55,877 bases of DNA from Lama guanicoe (taxonomy: Eukaryota). Shown here in pieces: positions 50,309 through 55,877 of the stretch (position 1 is the stretch's first letter; each line of letters begins with the position of its first letter). A model generated the notes under the pieces. That model was given only the letters and a program-made list of their open reading frames with translations, searched no databases and was not told where the DNA came from. The stretch covers positions 66,273 through 122,149 of the forward strand of contig MU054027.1 in assembly GCA_013239625.1 (NCBI GenBank). The letters run 5' to 3'. A program made the position numbers and the translations under genes.

Positions 50309-50438
50309 CTTGAACTGGCCCACAATGCCCTCCTCCTCGGTCGAGCCATCCATCATCCCTGATCTTGCCCCGCAGCAGGTTGAAAGTGTGCAGCCAGTCC
50401 TCGAAGTTGTCCAACTCTGACTCCAGCTCCTTGGGGAC
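50309..50438 (-). pseudogene. OTOF: OTOF exon, frameshifted
   Basis: [29 protein letters not shown] / [14 protein letters not shown] in two frames. Confidence 0.95.
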
Positions 50439-50517
50439 CTCCATCTTGCCCCATCTGCCACCTGGTGCCCCAGGTGTGACCCCCAAACCCTGACAGCATC
50501 TGCTTTCAGACCCTCAC

Positions 50518-50654
50518 CTCGAGCTCATCAATCTTGGGTCTCTTCTTCTCGGGGGCCTAAGACACCTGACTGGGGCCTAGGCTCTGGGTTCTCTTCTCCT
50601 TCTCCTCCTTTGCAGCCCTCGCCTTCTCCTTGCCCTTCATCAGCCCCTTCAGGC
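50518..50654 (-). pseudogene. OTOF: OTOF exon with in-frame TAG
   Basis: [44 protein letters not shown]. Confidence 0.93.
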
Positions 50655-51027
50655 CTGGCCAGAAACAGAGAAGGAGGTGGAGATGATCAGAGCAGGAAGG
50701 CCCAGGTTGGAGACCCAGCTCTGTCGCTTTGCTAGGTTAACTTTGCAGGTGTCTGTGTGCTCATCTGGAACACGCAGACAATGCTGCCTGGCATGCCTGC
50801 CTCCCACGGGGCCGGGACCCAGGATGCGGGGAATGTGCAAAGACTGCTGTGTGCCCTTTGACAGAGAGGGGCATGGAAGAAGCTTGGCTCTCGTGCCAGC
50901 TTGCTCTGCTCTCTGGCCTCAGTCCACCTGTCTTTAACATTAAGAGAATTGTTCTATACGAGCATTTTGCAAACAGCATTCAGTGGAACACCAGGTGTAG
51001 GAGTTCTTGGAATGCTTTAAAAGAAAC

Positions 51028-51080
<53 letters not shown>
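51028..51080. repeat. (TA)n(CA)n compound microsatellite
   Basis: Direct reading. Confidence 0.95.
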
Positions 51081-51085
<5 letters not shown>

Positions 51086-51527
51086 ATAAGTTGGTGAAAT
51101 AATTTATTCTGTGTCTTCCTTTTAGAGATTGAGAGTAATATTTGTATACTAAAGGCACTGAGAAGTCCTGTAACCAAGGACATGTTTAACCCATTTGACC
51201 CAAGAACTCCCTTTTCCCTCCAGAATACCCATTCATAGTGTTCCATGGAAAATGTCTAGAAATGCTGAATGGAATGAGCTCTGAGGTCTCTTCCAGCTCT
51301 GATGCTCTGTGACTCTAAGTGTCTGTCCATCACTCTGCTGAATTGATCAGAGTAAAAGCCACTGTAGATAAGGGCCTCAGCCTGCTTCCTGGTGGCCAGG
51401 GATGCCTGATATCTGCTATTTGCTGCTGCAGCTTTAGGAGCCCACGAGAACGGGAAAGAGAAACAACTGGGGTGTGACAGGCAGGAGAGCTACCCACCCC
51501 GCAGGGCTCCAGGGCTCCAGGGCTCAC

Positions 51528-51590
51528 CCTCAGTGTTGCCCATCTTCTTCTCCTCCACGTCAGTTCCTGAGGCCTTTGCTGTAGAAGTTG
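51528..51590 (-). pseudogene. OTOF: OTOF exon, frameshifted
   Basis: ag|CAACTTCTACAGCAA..TCAGGAACTGACGTGGAGGAGAAG..AACACTGAGG|gtgagc vs [23 protein letters not shown]. Confidence 0.85.
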
Positions 51591-51914
51591 CTCCCAAAAG
51601 ATGAGACGAGGAACAGGGAAGGTGGGCTTCCTGAGGAGGGGACTGTTAACCCCCCTCTGTGGTCTCAGATCAGTCTTCAATGCTTAGAAGCAGAAATTCT
51701 TTCCTACTGGGTTTCAAAGCCATCGTGAGCTTTGCTTAAGTGGGTTAAAAAGTTTATGATATGTACAATATGGCTTAAATGTTCTTAGAAGTTTATGATT
51801 CTTTAAATTGTGTATCACTGAAAAATATGTGCCCTTTAATGTTGCTTCTTAGAGGTATTTTTTTAATGTAGAAGAATACAACTAAATAAGAAAGTGTGTT
51901 TCATATTCTCCGAG

Positions 51915-52850
51915 GGCCATGTACCCAGGCAATAGAAATACAAGCGAAAATAGACAAATGGAAGCTGACTACATTTGTAAGTTTTTGCACAGGAAAGGAA
52001 ACCGTAAGCAAAACAAAAAGACAACCTGCAGGTTGGGAGAAAATATTTGCAAAAGATGAGCTGACAAGGGCTTAATTTCCAGAATATATAAACACCTCAT
52101 ACAACTTAATAATAAGAAAACAAACAACCCAATCCAAAAATGGGCAGAAGACCTACGCACGCGATTCTCCAGTGAAGACATACAAAGGCCAATAGGCACA
52201 TGAAATAATGCTCGATATCGCTAATTATCAGAGAAATGCAAATCCAAACTACAATGAGGTTTCACCTGACACCAGTCAGAATGGCCATCCTTAAACAGTC
52301 CACAAATGATAAATGCTGGAGAAGGTGTGGAGAAAAAGGAACCTTCCTACACTGTTGATGGGAATGTAGTTTGGTGCAGCCACTGTGGAAAAATCAACAA
52401 GATAACCCCAACGTTCATAGTAGCACTATTTACAATAGCCAAGACATGGAAGCAGCCTTAATGTCCATCAACAGATGACTGGATGAAGAAGTTGTGGTAT
52501 ATTTTACAATGGAATGGAATANNNNNNNNNNNNNNNNNNNNNNNNNNNNNNNNNNNNNNNNNNNNNNNNNNNNNNNNNNNNNNNNNNNNNNNNNNNNNNN
52601 NNNNNNNNNNNNNNNNNNNNNNNNNNNNNNNNNNNNNNNNNNNNNNNNNNNNNNNNNNNNNNNNNNNNNNNNNNNNNNNNNNNNNNNNACTTACAAAAAC
52701 AGACTCACTGAAATAGAAAACAAACTGATGGGTACCAAGAGGGGAGAGGGTGGGAAGGGATAAATTGGGAGTTCAAGATTTGCAGATACCAACTACTATA
52801 TATAAAATAAAATAGAAGGTCCTATTGTATAGCACAGGGAACTATATTCA
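51915..52850 (+). mobile_element. L1 3' segment within an OTOF intron (gapped)
   Basis: acaaacaacccaatccaaaaatgggcagaagacct...gatgactggatgaagaag; 3' UTR gggaagggataaattgggagttcaag. Confidence 0.9.
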
Positions 52851-53164
52851 NNNNNNNNNNNNNNNNNNNNNNNNNNNNNNNNNNNNNNNNNNNNNNNNNN
52901 NNNNNNNNNNNNNNNNNNNNNNNNNNNNNNNNNNNNNNNNNNNNNNNNNNNNNNNNNNNNNNNNNNNNNNNNNNNNNNNNNNNNNNNNNNNNNNNNNNNN
53001 NNNNNNNNNNNNNNNNNNNNNNNNNNNNNNNNNNNNNNNNNNNNNNNNNNNNNNNNNNNNNNNNNNNNNNNNNNNNNNNNNNNNNNNNNNNNNNNNNNNN
53101 NNNNNNNNNNNNNNNNNNNNNNNNNNNNNNNNNNNNNNNNNNNNNNNNNNNNNNNNNNNNNATT

Positions 53165-53525
53165 ATCAGCTCTCCTGCTCTTCAAACATGTTTCTGGACA
53201 CACAGCCACGAAGCTAAGATGACATCTCCCAGCCTCCCTCACAGCCAAGTGTGACTATGGGTCTAGATTCCAGCCAACATGAGTGAAAGTGGTATTTGCA
53301 GCTTCTCGGTTGCGCATTTAAAGGGAAAGGAGTGTGCCTCCTCTTGTCTGGACAATTCCTGCGCACTGGTGTTGGGATGTGACGGCAAGCCATCTCTAGC
53401 CACACAGATGCCAGTAACAAGATGCCAGGGTATTGCTCCCTGACACCATGGAATCACCACACCACCTTCTTGCTCACACCAATCTAACTTACTACAGCAG
53501 CTTAGCCTGTGCTCTGACTAATGTG
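53165..53525 (+). mobile_element. MaLR (MLT1-type) LTR remnant
   Basis: cccagcctccctcacagc..gtgtgactatg..ccagccaa...tactacagcagcttagcctg..ctgactaat. Confidence 0.6.
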
Positions 53526-53899
53526 GATGGTAAGCAGCACACCCCACTTGGGACCCAGAAAGGGCCTGGGGGGAGAGTGTGGCTGGATCAGCTCGGCTGA
53601 GGAAACACACCACAGGCACACGTCCCTCCTGGTCAGCCGGTCAGTCAGGGGGTGCCTTGATCTCGGTCGGCAGTGGGGAGAAGGGACAAACGAGGACGAG
53701 GAGAATTGATTTATCTGGAAACTGCCATCTGGCTCAGCAGACAGAACCAATGTGCACGTGATAGGGAAGAACATTTCACAGCAACAGTGACCGAGGTGTG
53801 TAAAATAAAGTAGCATGAGGTGTTAGATAGAAATAGATGTGCAGGTACTACTGAGAAGTTGTTCCCTTTTGGCGTCTGAGTGCATGTTTCTCTTCCTCC

Positions 53900-54112
53900 T
53901 CAAAGGTCACCTCCTCCGTGAAGCCTTCCCTGACTCCCCTAGGCACTGAATTGCCTTTGTTATCACACCGTGATGGATCTGCTTACATGTCTATTTTGCA
54001 TGTCCAGGAAATACCCAGGGCAGGTACAGAATCTTCTCTTTAGGCGCCCATAGCACCTAGGTTGGTGTCTGATCATATATACTCAAAAGATATTTGTGCA
54101 GAAAATGAATGA
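53900..54112 (+). mobile_element. L2 3' fragment
   Basis: gtcacctcctccgtgaagccttccctgac...ctcaaaagatatttgt..aatgaatgaa. Confidence 0.6.
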
Positions 54113-54333
54113 AGACAGGAGAAAACCAAGCCAGGGAAGGGGAACTGGCCCTCCATCCTAGAATAGGTGAGTCCTGAGCTAGAACTTCAAGGCTGTGAGA
54201 CAGGCTGCTCCAAGCTCACATTGACGGATTAGGGGGCAGGAAAGAAGCTGGACTGGATGGTCTGATGGGGAGATGTGGTCAGCTCTCTCAGCGTAGTCAC
54301 TCCTCAGGTCCCAACCCCGGTCTGAGGCCTGAG

Positions 54334-54459
54334 CTCCTTCATGGTGTCTATGGCAGTGAAGCACTTGGACCGCAAGTCCCACATGCTCTCACCTGGCTCC
54401 TCCTCCTCCGCCTCTTCTGAGATGCCCTTCTCCTTCTCCTTCTCCTCGTCCTCATCAGC
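54334..54459 (-). pseudogene. OTOF: OTOF exon, donor GT>CT
   Basis: ADEDEEKEKEKGISEEAEEEEPGESMWDLRSKCFTAIDTMKE vs ...[25 protein letters not shown]. Confidence 0.92.
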
Positions 54460-54880
54460 CTGAAGGGCTGGCCAGGTCTGGAGTCCTGCATACATCCCAG
54501 CACCCTGGCCATTCCCAGAGAACTGGACCATCTGGGAGTCCCCCATCCATTCTGACCATCTGCTCCCTGGAAGCCCTGGGCTCCAAGAGGCCCTGGGGGG
54601 CCACCAATGTCAAAGGGGCTGGGCCTTGATTTGTGGAAATGGATGTCACGGCCCACAGAGGGTCGTGACCTGCCAGCCTGAAACAGCAGCTGAGGCAGAA
54701 CCAGCACCCAGGGGCCCTGCTCCCCAAGCAGCTCTCTCCAGCTGCCTCTCCCAGGGAGACGTGCTGGCTGGAAGCCAGGGGCTGGGGTGTCTCAGTCCCT
54801 GAAGCTGCTCCCCTTGGCCTGATACCCTGCATGGTGTAGGGTCTTCTCTGCCCAGAATCCTCTGTGGTCCCCACACTCAC

Positions 54881-54910
54881 TATGTCCACCATGATGACCG
54901 CACCAGAAGT
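54881..54910 (-). pseudogene. OTOF: OTOF exon (30 bp)
   Basis: cag|TSGAVIMVDI|gtgagt vs TSEAVVKVDV. Confidence 0.85.
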
Positions 54911-55104
54911 CTGCAGGGGGGAAGCAAGGAGACAGGGACAGGCCTTAGCCACGGGGCTGGACGTGGAGGCAGTGGCCCAGACAGGGAGGGAGGAGGAGAG
55001 GGAGATGACGCAGGGCCGCTCCCTGTGCACTGCGAGCGCCTGAGTTCACACAGCCAATTCTGAGGCCGCGAAGGCTCTGCCTCGCAGATGTTTTCTCAGA
55101 CCTT

Positions 55105-55167
55105 TCAGGGCGGTGGCTGGCAACCCTGGCTGCACGTTAGAATCACTGGGGGCTTTCAAAAGTGACC
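55105..55167. mobile_element. MER5A-like DNA transposon end (runs into a gap)
   Basis: caaccctggctgcacgttagaatcactggggg. Confidence 0.55.
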
Positions 55168-55877
55168 NNNNNNNNNNNNNNNNNNNNNNNNNNNNNNNNN
55201 NNNNNNNNNNNNNNNNNNNNNNNNNNNNNNNNNNNNNNNNNNNNNNNNNNNNNNNNNNNNNNNNNNNNNNNNCGGCTACATGGGCAAGGGCCTCAACAGG
55301 GAAGTGGATGCTCAGCGACACAGCTGAAGAGGATCCTGGTGACACGGCCCCACAGGAGCCCAGGGCCTGTGGGATGATGGGGAAGCTCGGGCCAGTGCCG
55401 TCCTCTGTTCACTGATGGCCTGGACACCCTGGGGGAGGTCAGGAGACTGGGGGCTGAGGGGGACGTGGGGTCTCTGGGTGCAGCCCCGGAGCCCTGGCCG
55501 TGCCACCCGGGCCTGTGTGCCAGGCCTGGGCCTCAACTGCTCCCCTTTCCCCAGAGCCACACCCGCACTGACTCAGCCGGGACTCTCTGGCTGGAACCCT
55601 CTGGGGACCAGGGTGATGGGGGTAAGGGAGGGTCCTTTCAGACCCAGCTCAGGCTTCAGAAGCTAGGGGGCACCCCAGTCTGCATGCAGCACACGACGTG
55701 AGGACTGGGGTACAGAGCAAGTGATGGGGGGCTAGGGGGAGGCCCGACCAGCCGAGGTCAACGCCTGAACCCCCAGGTCTCCCTGTGGCAGATAAACAGC
55801 CCTAGCCCCAAAGGACGAATAAGGAGCTTCCACCCGGAAATTCGTCCCCAAGCCAGGTGTGGGGAAGGTCAGGTCTT

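Larger units (their letters stand above)
48374..54910 (-). pseudogene. OTOF: Unprocessed partial otoferlin pseudogene (nine consecutive exons around the C2E domain)
   Basis: Exons translate to TSGAVIMVDI / ADEDEEKEK..SKCFTAIDTMKE / QLLQQ..GNTE / [25 protein letters not shown] / [24 protein letters not shown] / GSLC..NDPINML / [17 protein letters not shown] / [17 protein letters not shown] / [17 protein letters not shown]. Stops at 50557-50559 and 49805-49807, frameshifts, broken donors; downstream exons absent. Confidence 0.95.
20173..55272. other. Assembly gaps at 20173-20333, 35358-35619, 41558-41632, 45319-45547, 52522-52688, 52851-53161, 55168-55272
   Basis: N runs. Confidence 1.

Noticed and set aside
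48374..54910. Functional OTOF gene
   Set aside because: Two in-frame stops, frameshifts, broken donors and missing downstream exons.
19815..55415. ORFs containing long X runs
   Set aside because: Artefacts of translating through N gaps.

Overview
Mammalian genomic DNA, probably a camelid or related cetartiodactyl. That is an inference from the L1 3' ends and from not seeing pig PRE-1, ruminant Bov-A/Bov-B or CHR SINEs. It is a draft assembly with 7 N-gaps. I find no intact protein-coding gene. The window is a mosaic of intron-containing (DNA-level) duplicated fragments from genes that are unlinked in human, all on the minus strand: (1) a decayed RALGDS-like (Rgr/RGL4-type) RasGEF pseudogene with 10 recognisable exons (~11.3-18.4 kb); (2) a probable copy of the NCOA2 promoter CpG island and non-coding exon 1 (~41.15-42.3 kb); (3) a single TLL1 CUB-domain exon (43430-43610); (4) nine consecutive otoferlin (OTOF) exons with stops and frameshifts (48374-54910); (5) two further unidentified clusters of phase-compatible small exon-like segments (~30.2-31.0 kb and ~46.6-47.9 kb). 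The window also holds a highly diverged ~225-bp tandem array whose polarity flips at ~9.4 kb, a head-to-head pair of L1 3' segments, a nested LTR/L1/LTR insertion, divergent CTCF motifs, and seven local near-identical tandem duplications that may partly be assembly artefacts. Gene identities come from my recall of the protein/mRNA sequences, not from a database search.
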